A stretch of 64,000 bases of DNA, taken from NCBI GenBank assembly GCA_036651815.1, contig JAVVXB010000010.1, forward strand, positions 16,961 to 80,960, in the 5' to 3' direction. Shown piece after piece: positions 18,738 through 27,676 of the stretch. The number at the start of each line of letters is the position of its first letter. Within the stretch, counting starts at the first letter, position 1. The position numbers and the translations under genes were made by a program. This DNA is from Clostridia bacterium (GTDB lineage Bacteria; Bacillota; Clostridia; Christensenellales; CAG-138). A model generated the notes under the pieces. That model was not told where the DNA came from and did not search any database. It saw only the letters and a list, made by a program, of their open reading frames with translations.

Positions 18738-19628
18738 TTACGCTTCCTCCAATCCGGCGAGGTTGTTTCGTCCGATCTTCTGCTGGTATTCTGTCTCATC
18801 CTTGACTCCGTACACATATTCTTCCAGATAGGAGGCAAACGCTTCCGTTGTTTTAGCCGCCTCCACATACAATTTCATATGCGCTTCATCCTCCCGGCAC
18901 TTCATCAGGGTTGAAAGGGGATGCGAACCATGTGCCAATGCCACTACAGCCTTTGTTCGGAAGGCAGGTACAGCAGTCAATTGCGGTTGCTTGCAAATTT
19001 CATTGTTGTCCACCAGCGTTTCCACCGTGGCCAGCACATTCATGGAGCTTCTGGCCATATCTACGTCCAGTGCCTGCGGCAACATTCCATGGGACTGAAG
19101 CTGAATATTTCCATAGCAATCGCCCTGATATCCGTGGAGCAGCACCACATCCGGTTTTGCAGCAGGTAGTGCCCATGCCCGTCTGCCTGTAACCGGACAG
19201 CAGTACTCAACAATATCCGGATTCTCCAATACACATTTACAGCCGCCCAAAGAATAGCTGGGCCAGAAGGGCCATCCCTCCCGATCTGCGCGAAATCTAT
19301 CGCAGGAAAGCATTTCCGGATAGTGCACAACCTTAACCGTGCCATTCTGCACCGCACGACGAAAGTTTTGCGCCAATCCATATTTTTCCATTCCCACATA
19401 GGAGGTTTCGATACGGTTTACACACCCGGCACCAATAAGCATATCCGCATCCATCGAGTGCACCGCGCCTACAAGAACCAGATCATGCTTTCTCTGACGG
19501 ATAATTTCCCGGATAATCGCCATGGGCTTTTGATACACCGCAAAACCGCCCACTGCGACACGGGCACCGTCCGGAATCTGAAAAACCAAATCGCGAATGC
19601 TGCACAGTTTTACTGTTCTTTCAGCCAT
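18738..19628 (-). CDS. Family I CoA-transferase, alpha subunit (glutaconate CoA-transferase A-like)
   Basis: 296 aa. ...IPDGARVAVGGFAVYQKPMAIIREIIRQRKHDLVLVG... is the A-subunit pattern. Its stop abuts the subunit B start. Confidence 0.7.
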   Translation of the reverse strand: MAERTVKLCSIRDLVFQIPDGARVAVGGFAVYQKPMAIIREIIRQRKHDLVLVGAVHSMDADMLIGAGCVNRIETSYVGMEKYGLAQNFRRAVQNGTVKVVHYPEMLSCDRFRADREGWPFWPSYSLGGCKCVLENPDIVEYCCPVTGRRAWALPAAKPDVVLLHGYQGDCYGNIQLQSHGMLPQALDVDMARSSMNVLATVETLVDNNEICKQPQLTAVPAFRTKAVVALAHGSHPLSTLMKCREDEAHMKLYVEAAKTTEAFASYLEEYVYGVKDETEYQQKIGRNNLAGLEEA

Positions 19629-19637
19629 GATTTCTCC

Positions 19638-21311
19638 TTACTCTTCACGATCTGTTTCAGCATGCCAAAGGAAAGCTTCCGGCCAAATGGAATAGCTGCC
19701 GTCAAACTCCACATTGATCAGATAAGAGCCGTCGTGGGAACGGGCTCGTTTTACCGCATCCACAATTCCGTCGGCACTAATGACCTTTTCCCCGCCCAGT
19801 CCAAGTGCCTTTGCCACGCCCACATAATCCGCATTTTGATACAGATCTACGCCAAAGTAATGTCCCTCCCCAAACTTAAACAACTCTTCCTGCTTAATGT
19901 TACCGTAGGCATGATCGTTAAACACAATGATCGTCACATGCTTTGTAAAACGCGCCACGGTTTCCAGATCCCCAAGCGTCATGCCAAGCGAGCCATCGCC
20001 GATAAAGCACATAATGTCGCGCTCTGGTTCCGCGATCGAACAACCAATACCTGCCGAAATCGAAAAGCCCATATTTCCATAGTTTACAGGCTTAAAGTAA
20101 CGGTTTTTATCCGTCAGGCAAAATAGGTGTGACCACGCGCCCGGATTGCCCGCATCTACACAAATAATGCTGTCTTTGTAGAAGCACTCGTTAAGCTTCC
20201 GCATAAGAGCAACCGGTGCAACAGGGCTTACTGTTTCATCATTAACCGGGCCGGAAAACACGTTTTTCTTCCATGCAGCATACTGACTCTGTAAATCTGC
20301 AAGCCATGCTTTCCCGGCCAATCGAGCACTTAACTTTTCATTGAGCGCATCGAGTACCAAATGCAGTTCCCCAAGAACAGACATAGCCACGGGATACTGC
20401 TTTCCAATCTGCTCTGGCGCAAAGTCCACCTGTATGCAGTTGTTAAGCTTCAGTCCCCACCGATTGGTGGAAACGCTGGACATGCTTGAGCCCAGTACCA
20501 GTACACAGTCCGCCTCTTCCAAAATGGTTTTGGTCAACTTTGTACCATGACGCGTGCGCGCACCGAACACATGCGAGTCTTCGGCTGATACGCTGCCGAT
20601 ACCATTAAAGGTCGTCACCACCGGTGCATTCAGTTTTTCGGCAAGTGCCAGGACCTTTTCGCCGCAATGGCTCATTTTTACGCCATTGCCGCTCCAAATG
20701 GCAATCTTCTCAAAGGATGAGAGCTTCGTAACCAATGCATCAATCTGGCTTTCCGGCGCCGCAAATTCCATCTTGGCACAGTAGCTCTCCACGGTTTGAG
20801 GCGTATAGTCACACTCGCCTTTCTCAATAACGTCCCGATAGAAGTCCACAACTACCGGACCTGGCCGTCCGGTCATCGCCACCCGATACGCTTCCCGCAT
20901 GGCCCAAACGACTGCATCCGAATGCCGCACCGGAATATACTTTTTCACAAGGCTACCAAACAGCAGTTCGTGATCCGCTTCCTGCGCATCCCCCCGGCCC
21001 GCTCCTGCCAACGTATTTTGAAAAACAAAAGCAATCAACGGACTGGAATCCCGCAGTGCGCCACCAATGGAGGTCAGGAGATTCGTTGCTCCCGGGCCAG
21101 TGGTTGCGAGGCACATTCCCGGCTTTCCGGTCAATCTTCCATATGCATCTGCAGCGCCCGCTGCTACGCCCTCATGCCGGGTCTGCACAAATCGGATGTC
21201 CGCCGCTCGCAATGCGTCGGTAAAAAATAAAGTCTGTCCACCTGGAATTCCGAACACGACCTTGGCCTGTTGCTCCATTAAAACGCTTACGGCTGCTTCT
21301 GCTGATTTCAT
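19638..21311 (-). CDS. Thiamine-diphosphate-dependent enzyme (acetolactate synthase / oxalyl-CoA decarboxylase superfamily)
   Basis: N-terminal Pyr domain (VFGIPGGQTLFF...RHEGVAAGAADAYGRLTG) and C-terminal PP domain with GDGSLGM...N. ORF trimmed to MKSAEAAVSVLMEQ. Confidence 0.85.
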   Translation of the reverse strand: MKSAEAAVSVLMEQQAKVVFGIPGGQTLFFTDALRAADIRFVQTRHEGVAAGAADAYGRLTGKPGMCLATTGPGATNLLTSIGGALRDSSPLIAFVFQNTLAGAGRGDAQEADHELLFGSLVKKYIPVRHSDAVVWAMREAYRVAMTGRPGPVVVDFYRDVIEKGECDYTPQTVESYCAKMEFAAPESQIDALVTKLSSFEKIAIWSGNGVKMSHCGEKVLALAEKLNAPVVTTFNGIGSVSAEDSHVFGARTRHGTKLTKTILEEADCVLVLGSSMSSVSTNRWGLKLNNCIQVDFAPEQIGKQYPVAMSVLGELHLVLDALNEKLSARLAGKAWLADLQSQYAAWKKNVFSGPVNDETVSPVAPVALMRKLNECFYKDSIICVDAGNPGAWSHLFCLTDKNRYFKPVNYGNMGFSISAGIGCSIAEPERDIMCFIGDGSLGMTLGDLETVARFTKHVTIIVFNDHAYGNIKQEELFKFGEGHYFGVDLYQNADYVGVAKALGLGGEKVISADGIVDAVKRARSHDGSYLINVEFDGSYSIWPEAFLWHAETDREE

Positions 21312-21389
21312 AATTTCTCTTTTACTGTTCTTATTATGTATCTTATTACTACAATCTGACTTGTAAAATTCTTTTGCCAAAAAACCGTT

Positions 21390-21653
21390 TTATTCGCTAA
21401 GATTTTCCACAAGCAAAGACAATGCTTCGATGGCCGCCAGCTCATCCTCTCCGTTTGCGGTAATGGTAATCGTTGTTCCCTGCACAATGCTCTGAGAGAG
21501 CACCAAAATCATAGATTTTGCGCTGACAGGCTGACCACCCGTTTTACAAACGGTGATACCGGAATGAAATTTTGCCGCACAGCGCGTAAATTCGGATGCA
21601 GGTCTGGCATGTAGCCCGGTGGGATTATTCACTGTAATCTCTTTCGATAGCAT
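21390..21653 (-). CDS. ptsH: Phosphocarrier protein HPr
   Basis: 87 aa. His15 context NPTGLHARPAS and Ser46 context VSAKSMILVLS. Confidence 0.85.
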   Translation of the reverse strand: MLSKEITVNNPTGLHARPASEFTRCAAKFHSGITVCKTGGQPVSAKSMILVLSQSIVQGTTITITANGEDELAAIEALSLLVENLSE

Positions 21654-21664
21654 ACTCTTTCTCC

Positions 21665-23383
21665 TTATATTCCCAATCGCTTTTTTATATCGTTCTCAGT
21701 AGGAAGTTGTAGCACCTCATTGGCGAGGAGTCTGGCCTTTTCTGCTTCCATTCCGCAGATGGTCGCCTTTGCACCGGGCACAGAGGAGGCGCCCATGCTG
21801 ACCTTATGAATTCCTAGCCCGACCAATACCGGCAATATATTACTATCACCGCCCAGCTCGCCGCACACGCTTAAGGGTTTGCCTTCCGCTTTAAATGCCT
21901 CCGCTACAAAATAGATAAGCCGAAGCACTGCCGGATGATACCCCATATAAAATGCCGATACCGTAGGATTCAGGCGGTCAACAGCAAGCGTATACTGACA
22001 AAGGTCATTGGTACCGATGCTGGCAAAATCCACTTCCTTAGCCGCCTCTTTAGCCATCAGTGCCATTGCCGGCGTTTCAATCATTATGCCAATTTTCACA
22101 TCCCCGCGAAACGGTATTCCTTCAGCAGTCAATTCCTGCTGGACTTCCTTTAAATAGGCTTTTGCCTTTCTTACATCGTCCAGGCTATTCACCATAGGAA
22201 ACATAATCCATAGATTGCCGTGCACACTTGCCCGATAAGCTGCGCGAAGCTGCGTTCTAAATATCTCCGGCTGCGCAAAGCAAAGTCGAAGCGCACGCAG
22301 ACCCAGAAACGGATTCTCCTCCGCCGGAATTTGGATACAATCCGTTTTTTTGTCCCCGCCGATATCCAGCGTACGCAATATCACAGGACGCTCTCCAAAT
22401 GTCCGCAGTGTACGTGCATACACTTGATACTGCTCCTCTTCTGATGGTAGCGTGGAACGGGACATATAAAGGAACTCGCTCCGAAACAAACCTGCGCCGT
22501 CCACATAAGAAAGCAGGCTTTGGTATCGTGTTGGATCTGCCTCGCCGATATTGAGATGAATTTCTACCCTAAGCCCATCCTTCGTAACCGGTTCCCGCGT
22601 TAAAAAGGTACGTTCATATTCTTTCTGCTGATTAAAATCTTCCTGTTTTCTGGCATAAGCCACCTGCTCGTCAACGGACAGCTCCGTTATGATAATTCCG
22701 TCCAGTCCGTCTACCGTCACGGTTTGCCCATCCTGGAACGTCTCTAATGCGGCGTTAACGCCTAATACCGCAGGAATACCCAAACTTCTTGCCAGAATCG
22801 CTGTATGAGATGTCATGCCACCCACTTCTGTCACAATGGCAAGCACCTTGTCCGGATCCAGCGTCGCCGTTTGGGACGGCATCAAATCGTGAGCAACCAG
22901 TACGGCACCGGCAGGCAGGTGCATAAGCCCGGTTCTTCCTTCCACGTGCAGCAGATTGCGCAGAATCCGATTGGAAACATCCGCAAGATCTGTGGCCCGT
23001 TCGCGTATCAATGCGTCTTCCGATGCCCCGAGCACCTGCATATACATACAATAAACAGTGGAAACCGCCCATTCTGCGCATTTTCCTTCATGAAGAATCG
23101 CGGCGTCAATCTCCTCACGCACCTGACAGTCCGAAATCAAATCCTTATGCGCTTGAAAAATCTCTGCATTCTTGTTTCCCTGGGCAATGCAGCTATCATA
23201 GATTTCCTGTAATTGTTTTTCCGCCTCCGCCACCGCTGTATGGTAACGTTCTACCTCTGCCGTCCGGGCGGATTCCTCTACCTGCTGATTCTCAAATTTC
23301 AGTTCCGTATCCACAAACCGAAACACTTTTCCCGTTACCACACCACGGGAAACGGGGCTTCCTGAATACTTCAAATCTGTCAC
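21665..23383 (-). CDS. ptsI: Phosphoenolpyruvate-protein phosphotransferase (PTS Enzyme I)
   Basis: 572 aa. Active-site GGMTSHTAILARSLGIPAV, and a PEP-utilising C-terminal TIM domain (IGTNDLCQYTLAVDR). Confidence 0.95.
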   Translation of the reverse strand: MTDLKYSGSPVSRGVVTGKVFRFVDTELKFENQQVEESARTAEVERYHTAVAEAEKQLQEIYDSCIAQGNKNAEIFQAHKDLISDCQVREEIDAAILHEGKCAEWAVSTVYCMYMQVLGASEDALIRERATDLADVSNRILRNLLHVEGRTGLMHLPAGAVLVAHDLMPSQTATLDPDKVLAIVTEVGGMTSHTAILARSLGIPAVLGVNAALETFQDGQTVTVDGLDGIIITELSVDEQVAYARKQEDFNQQKEYERTFLTREPVTKDGLRVEIHLNIGEADPTRYQSLLSYVDGAGLFRSEFLYMSRSTLPSEEEQYQVYARTLRTFGERPVILRTLDIGGDKKTDCIQIPAEENPFLGLRALRLCFAQPEIFRTQLRAAYRASVHGNLWIMFPMVNSLDDVRKAKAYLKEVQQELTAEGIPFRGDVKIGIMIETPAMALMAKEAAKEVDFASIGTNDLCQYTLAVDRLNPTVSAFYMGYHPAVLRLIYFVAEAFKAEGKPLSVCGELGGDSNILPVLVGLGIHKVSMGASSVPGAKATICGMEAEKARLLANEVLQLPTENDIKKRLGI

Positions 23384-23392
23384 CTCACTTAT

Positions 23393-24049
23393 TTAGATCA
23401 TACTGCAAATAATTTGCTTAAGCGCAAGAGAATTTTCAGCAATTTCCACACGAGGAATCCCTTCCAGACTTTTCGGATTTCGAAATCCTTCCCCGTCCAT
23501 CATTGGCAAAAAGCCGATGCCCGCCTGTTCGGATGCTCGTCCGTCATACGGACTGTCGCCCACCATAATTGCCTGACGCTTATCTTCGCAGCCAAGTGCC
23601 TCCAGGCACTGGCAAATCATCGCCGCCTTATCCCCCACGGAGTTATCCGTGTGCAGCGCAATATAATCCACCTTGGTATCAATCCCTGTGTGCATGAGGG
23701 TCATGGTCGCCAGTTGATGCTGCTTAAGCGTTGCGATGGCGCTTTTCCCACCGGCTGTTCGGATGTGCGCTAGCAGCTCCAATGTCCCCGCAAACACCTT
23801 GGTCTTGTCAATGCCCACCTGTAAATAGCATTCCCGGTAAACCCGAGCCATTTCCTCCGTTTCGTCCATCGATACGCCATAATACTTGATAAAGGATTCC
23901 TTAAGCGGAGGGCCAATAAATTTTCGGAGGGTTTCCTCCGGGAGAATTTGCTTGTGCATCGTTTCCTGCATGCGTTGCAAAGAGGTAATAATGCCGTTTG
24001 TCGTATCCACAAGCGTTCCGTCCATATCAAAAATAAAATACTTATACAT
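23393..24049 (-). CDS. HAD-superfamily phosphatase (phosphoglycolate-phosphatase-like)
   Basis: Motif I FDMDGTLVDT. A cap domain. Motif IV GDSPYD. Confidence 0.8.
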   Translation of the reverse strand: MYKYFIFDMDGTLVDTTNGIITSLQRMQETMHKQILPEETLRKFIGPPLKESFIKYYGVSMDETEEMARVYRECYLQVGIDKTKVFAGTLELLAHIRTAGGKSAIATLKQHQLATMTLMHTGIDTKVDYIALHTDNSVGDKAAMICQCLEALGCEDKRQAIMVGDSPYDGRASEQAGIGFLPMMDGEGFRNPKSLEGIPRVEIAENSLALKQIICSMI

Positions 24050-24104
24050 TCCCTTTTGGTATGAAAGTGATGCATTTTGAATGCATCACTTTCTTTTCCG
24101 TTCT

Positions 24105-24830
24105 TTACATTTTCCAAAGCTTTAAGGCATTTTGGCGGAAAATCTTGTCCTTTGCCGCCTGGGAGAGGTTGTAATAATCAAACTTTACAATTTCACTGCC
24201 CGGATACTTGTAAGGCCAATCCGTTGCAAAGATGATCTTGTCCGGTCCGAGTTCATCGAGCGCCTTTTCGATCACTGGGATTTCCTCCTGTCCGGCGGTA
24301 TCCACATATACGTTTGGCAACTCTTTCACCGCTTCAATGCAGCCGTAACCAAAGTCCAGATAGCCGATGTGTGCAAACACAAAGGTTGCTTTCGGATGGC
24401 GCTTGGCAATCGCTGCCCACTGCTGCGGTAGCGAAAGAGGGGCGGTCCCGGTATGGCAGAGAATCGGTACGTCATAGGGCGTAATTGCTTCCACGATGGA
24501 ATCGATTGCGCTATTGTTATCCGGAAAATAGCCATGCTTCCAGGAGTGAAATTTCACCCCGCGCATACCCGGTTTATCCAGATACCTTTTCACCTCGTCC
24601 ACCGCGCCCGGATCCCTCGGATTGATGTAGGCAAACCCAACGATTCGATCGGGATACGCTTGCACCTGTTGTAACACGCGGTCGTTCAATTCCGCGGTCA
24701 GTACGCCGTTTAAGATGGAAAGTCCAGATTTCTCAATTTGGAACTTGTCCATGGAAGCAATTAGATCCTCCACAGTATACATGGTGCCGCGACTGCTTTT
24801 GCCCATATGGACATGAAAATCTACCAACAT
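24105..24830 (-). CDS. Amidohydrolase-2 family metal-dependent hydrolase (TIM barrel)
   Basis: ORF trimmed to MLVDFHVHMGKSS (HxH metal motif). ...GVKFHSW...ILCHTG...FAHIG...FATDWPY are typical residues of PF04909-type hydrolases, lactonases and decarboxylases. Confidence 0.7.
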   Translation of the reverse strand: MLVDFHVHMGKSSRGTMYTVEDLIASMDKFQIEKSGLSILNGVLTAELNDRVLQQVQAYPDRIVGFAYINPRDPGAVDEVKRYLDKPGMRGVKFHSWKHGYFPDNNSAIDSIVEAITPYDVPILCHTGTAPLSLPQQWAAIAKRHPKATFVFAHIGYLDFGYGCIEAVKELPNVYVDTAGQEEIPVIEKALDELGPDKIIFATDWPYKYPGSEIVKFDYYNLSQAAKDKIFRQNALKLWKM

Positions 24831-24861
24831 AATAACCCTTTCTTTGGAACAAACCGTTTGC

Positions 24862-25677
24862 CTACATAATCCCGATGTAGGTGGCCGCAATTGCAAACAG
24901 CATGATGATGAGCATCAATAGGATTGCGGAAACCTTGCGCTTGCTCATGATCTTGTAAACGCTGAAGGTCAGAAGAACCGGCAGCAATGCGGGCAACAGG
25001 GAATCCAATGTCTGCTGAATATTGATGGTTGCGTCGCCTGCGGTATAAACCAGATTCAGAGAGAAGCCAACGTTGGTTACCACAAATCCGCCGATCACCA
25101 CGTATGCTGCAACAGAAGCCAACTCGGTGATCTTGTTGATAAGACCGGATTTTTGGAGCTCTGCAACCAAGCTCACGCCCTTTTCATAGCCCTTGAATAC
25201 GCCAAGATAACGAACGCCAAGGGTAATGATGGTCATGCCGATGAGGAACAGAATGGGGCCAAGTACGCTGCCGCCCAGCGCCAGCGAACAAGCAATACCT
25301 GCAAGAATCGGGCGAGCGGTGCCGTTGATCAGGCTGTCGCCCAAGGCTGCCAGCGGTCCCATCAGAGCCGTTTTGGTGGAGTCGATGCTCTCTTCATCAA
25401 TGTCCTTATTCACAACCAAGCGCTCTTCCATTGCCGCGGCAACACCGATCGGAATGGACGCAACCATCGGCTGAGTCAGGAACATTTGCATGTGACGATC
25501 AATAGCAGCTTGCTTCTCTTCCGGTGTTTCATAGTACTTTTCGATAATCGGCCCCATTGCATGGGTAAAGCCGATGTTCTGCATACGTTCAAAGTTCAGA
25601 GCACTTCGAATAAAGAACTGTCCGCGGAAAATTTTCCAAAGGTCTTTCCTGTCAAGTCTTTTATCTGTATTCTTCAT
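24862..25677 (-). CDS. PTS mannose/fructose/sorbose family IID component
   Basis: 271 aa. ...FFIRSALNFERMQNIGFTHAMGPII... is the IID signature. Polytopic C-terminus. Confidence 0.9.
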   Translation of the reverse strand: MKNTDKRLDRKDLWKIFRGQFFIRSALNFERMQNIGFTHAMGPIIEKYYETPEEKQAAIDRHMQMFLTQPMVASIPIGVAAAMEERLVVNKDIDEESIDSTKTALMGPLAALGDSLINGTARPILAGIACSLALGGSVLGPILFLIGMTIITLGVRYLGVFKGYEKGVSLVAELQKSGLINKITELASVAAYVVIGGFVVTNVGFSLNLVYTAGDATINIQQTLDSLLPALLPVLLTFSVYKIMSKRKVSAILLMLIIMLFAIAATYIGIM

Positions 25678-25690
25678 AACACTTTCCTCC

Positions 25691-26437
25691 TTATGCTAAA
25701 GCTTTCGCTTTTTGGTCGACGAAATAGTTATGCAGGAATACGCAGGCAACCGCGATAACGCCGATACCGACATTGTTGATGCCCAGGAATGCCGCAGCAA
25801 TATACCCGATAACAAAGTATGGCCAGAGCTGCTTGCACTTGATCGTCGTAAGAAGCATACCAAAGCCGACTGCAGCCAGCATGCCGCCACCATTCGCAAA
25901 ACCAGCAAGGAGTGTGGTGGGAAGCATTTCGATAAACTTCACAACGTATTCTGCGCCCAGATATACGGCAAAAAACGTGGGAAGGCCATAGAAGACCGCA
26001 TTGAGAGCCAGAGCAAAATAATTGCCCGCACGGACCCGCTTTAAATCGCCTTTTTTGCTGCCTTTTTCTACCCAGTGCAGGATAGCAACGTTGACAACGC
26101 TGTACTGAAGCGTATTCATGGTCTGGCCAATCAAGGCAACAGGAATTGCGGTTGCAATGGCAACCTCTGTTCCGCCGCCGCTGAGCACTGCGATTGCCGT
26201 TGCAATAGCCGCAGACAACGTGACATCCGGTGCAACAGCCGTTCCAACAAAGACAGAAGCAAGGAACATCAGTTCGACCGTGGCGCCTACGATAAGACCT
26301 GTGTGAAGGTCGCCCATGATGATACCAACAACGGTACCGGTGATGATTGCTCTTGTAGTCTGGAGTTGCAGGGTCTGTTCGTCGATCATTGCCCATGTTA
26401 CCCATAAGGCTACAAGAAAAGCCTGAATAAATAGCAT
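25691..26437 (-). CDS. PTS mannose/fructose/sorbose family IIC component
   Basis: About 248 aa, polytopic. MLFIQAFLVALWVTWAMIDEQT... Positioned between IIB and IID. Confidence 0.85.
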   Translation of the reverse strand: MLFIQAFLVALWVTWAMIDEQTLQLQTTRAIITGTVVGIIMGDLHTGLIVGATVELMFLASVFVGTAVAPDVTLSAAIATAIAVLSGGGTEVAIATAIPVALIGQTMNTLQYSVVNVAILHWVEKGSKKGDLKRVRAGNYFALALNAVFYGLPTFFAVYLGAEYVVKFIEMLPTTLLAGFANGGGMLAAVGFGMLLTTIKCKQLWPYFVIGYIAAAFLGINNVGIGVIAVACVFLHNYFVDQKAKALA

Positions 26438-26525
26438 TTTTCTTCCTCCCAAAGTTATTTTTCTATAAAGCGTTCACGTACTTCCATGCATGCCAAGCAC
26501 GCCAACGCCATAACAGACGCAGGTT

Positions 26526-27005
26526 TTAGCCAATCATGGACATAAGGTTGGTTGCTTTTTCATTGGGTACGACGCGTACTTCCAATTCGATTCCCTTGTC
26601 GTGAAGTGTTTTGTACTTCGTAATTTCCTCCGGACTAAGCCATACGCTCTTGGAAAACTTTTTCCGGTTCGTCGCCGTACTGACATTCCCTACATTGATC
26701 TCCGAAATACCAACGTCTTGTTTGGCAAGTTGCAGGGCGCTGTCCACATTCCGTAAAATCACAAGTAGTTTCGCTCGATTTGTTGATGGGTCTATCAGAT
26801 AGTTGGCCGCATCGTCAACCTTCATGATCAAAAGCTTGATGTTCGGCGGACACGCCATTTCCAGCATCATCGATTGCAGTGAATCTTCCTTTGCCTTATC
26901 GTCTGCCACCACAATTGTTGTGCATTTGAGCACATTGATCCAAGAGGCAACGATCTGTCCATGAATCAACCGGTCATCAATTCTTACATACCCAATTTTT
27001 TCCAT
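26526..27005 (-). CDS. PTS mannose-family IIB component
   Basis: MEKIGYVRIDDRLIHGQIVASW contains the phospho-His signature RIDDRLIHGQ. Confidence 0.9.
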   Translation of the reverse strand: MEKIGYVRIDDRLIHGQIVASWINVLKCTTIVVADDKAKEDSLQSMMLEMACPPNIKLLIMKVDDAANYLIDPSTNRAKLLVILRNVDSALQLAKQDVGISEINVGNVSTATNRKKFSKSVWLSPEEITKYKTLHDKGIELEVRVVPNEKATNLMSMIG

Positions 27006-27029
27006 TTTCTTTTACTCCTTTTTAAGAGA

Positions 27030-27422
27030 TTACAGCGATATTTCACTTAAAGATAGCTTGCCCACATCCAACAACGTCTCCATGGACTCCGCTAGTGTCA
27101 TGCCGTTTTCTCTGTCCTCAAAAAACTGTATGAGTACCGGAATTGAAAAACCGGCAATCACCCGCACGCTGTTATTCTTCATCTTCATTACCGTCGCCGC
27201 ATTACAAGGACTTCCGCCCTTTAAATCCGTTACCGCCAGAATGTCTTCACAGTCAGAGAGCGCTTCCAACGCAGCCTGAAACCGGTCAAGCAAATCCTCC
27301 AGGCTGTCCCCGGAACGAAACCCAATGGTCTGCACCTGTTTCTGCGAGCCAGTGAACATTTCTACCACGTTTAGCGCCGCCAAAGCCAAATCTCCATGAG
27401 TTGCAACAATGAGCCCTGTCAT
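27030..27422 (-). CDS. PTS mannose-family IIA component
   Basis: ORF trimmed to MTGLIVATHGDLALAAL (active His in the ATHG context). About 130 aa. Confidence 0.85.
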   Translation of the reverse strand: MTGLIVATHGDLALAALNVVEMFTGSQKQVQTIGFRSGDSLEDLLDRFQAALEALSDCEDILAVTDLKGGSPCNAATVMKMKNNSVRVIAGFSIPVLIQFFEDRENGMTLAESMETLLDVGKLSLSEISL

Positions 27423-27493
27423 TCTTCGTAATCCTTCCGCATACCACATTTTGAAGTTAATTTGTGTGAGTCCCGTTTTGTTTTAATATTATA

Positions 27494-27540
27494 AATTGTG
27501 TATCAATTGTATCTAATTTGTATCTATTTTGTATCTTAAC
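27494..27540. promoter_or_regulatory. Four phased direct repeats of TTGTATC(T)A in the divergent PTS/gntR control region (candidate HutC-type operator array)
   Basis: GTATC cores at about 27500, 27509, 27520 and 27531 (spacing 9, 11 and 11 nt). In the PTS orientation they run into a TATAAT box. More TGTAT copies occur at 27580-27600. Confidence 0.4.
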
Positions 27541-27616
27541 ATGGTTAAATATTAAAAGCAATACTTTTTTATTTAAATATTGTATTTGTATTGTCTTTCA
27601 TATGTATTGCTTTAAA

Positions 27617-27646
27617 TTGACAATGCTTGCAAAATTATGGTACACT
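27617..27646 (+). promoter_or_regulatory. Putative promoter of the HutC-type regulator gene
   Basis: TTGACA-18 nt-TACACT with a TG at the extended -10 position, 30 nt upstream of the ATG at 27677. Confidence 0.35.
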
Positions 27647-27676
27647 AAATATCATATATTTTTGGAGAATGCTTCT

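Noticed and set aside
19323-20126. Long antisense ORFs lie opposite well-supported genes: 19323..20126, 32337..33230, 44458..45360, 39077..39832, 25728..26405, 10334..11008 and 5728..6147.
   Set aside because: Each lies entirely inside a gene with strong family motifs on the other strand or frame (ThDP enzyme, LepA, CopA, Ca-ATPase, PTS IIC, DnaK, SpoIIIAA). Their translations are Arg/Cys/His-rich and low-complexity. They are typical shadow ORFs.
27518-27676. The upstream extension of the HutC regulator ORF (MYLFCILTWLNIKSNTF...).
   Set aside because: It covers the AT-rich promoter and repeat region and has no coding character. The wHTH begins right after the internal Met at 27677.
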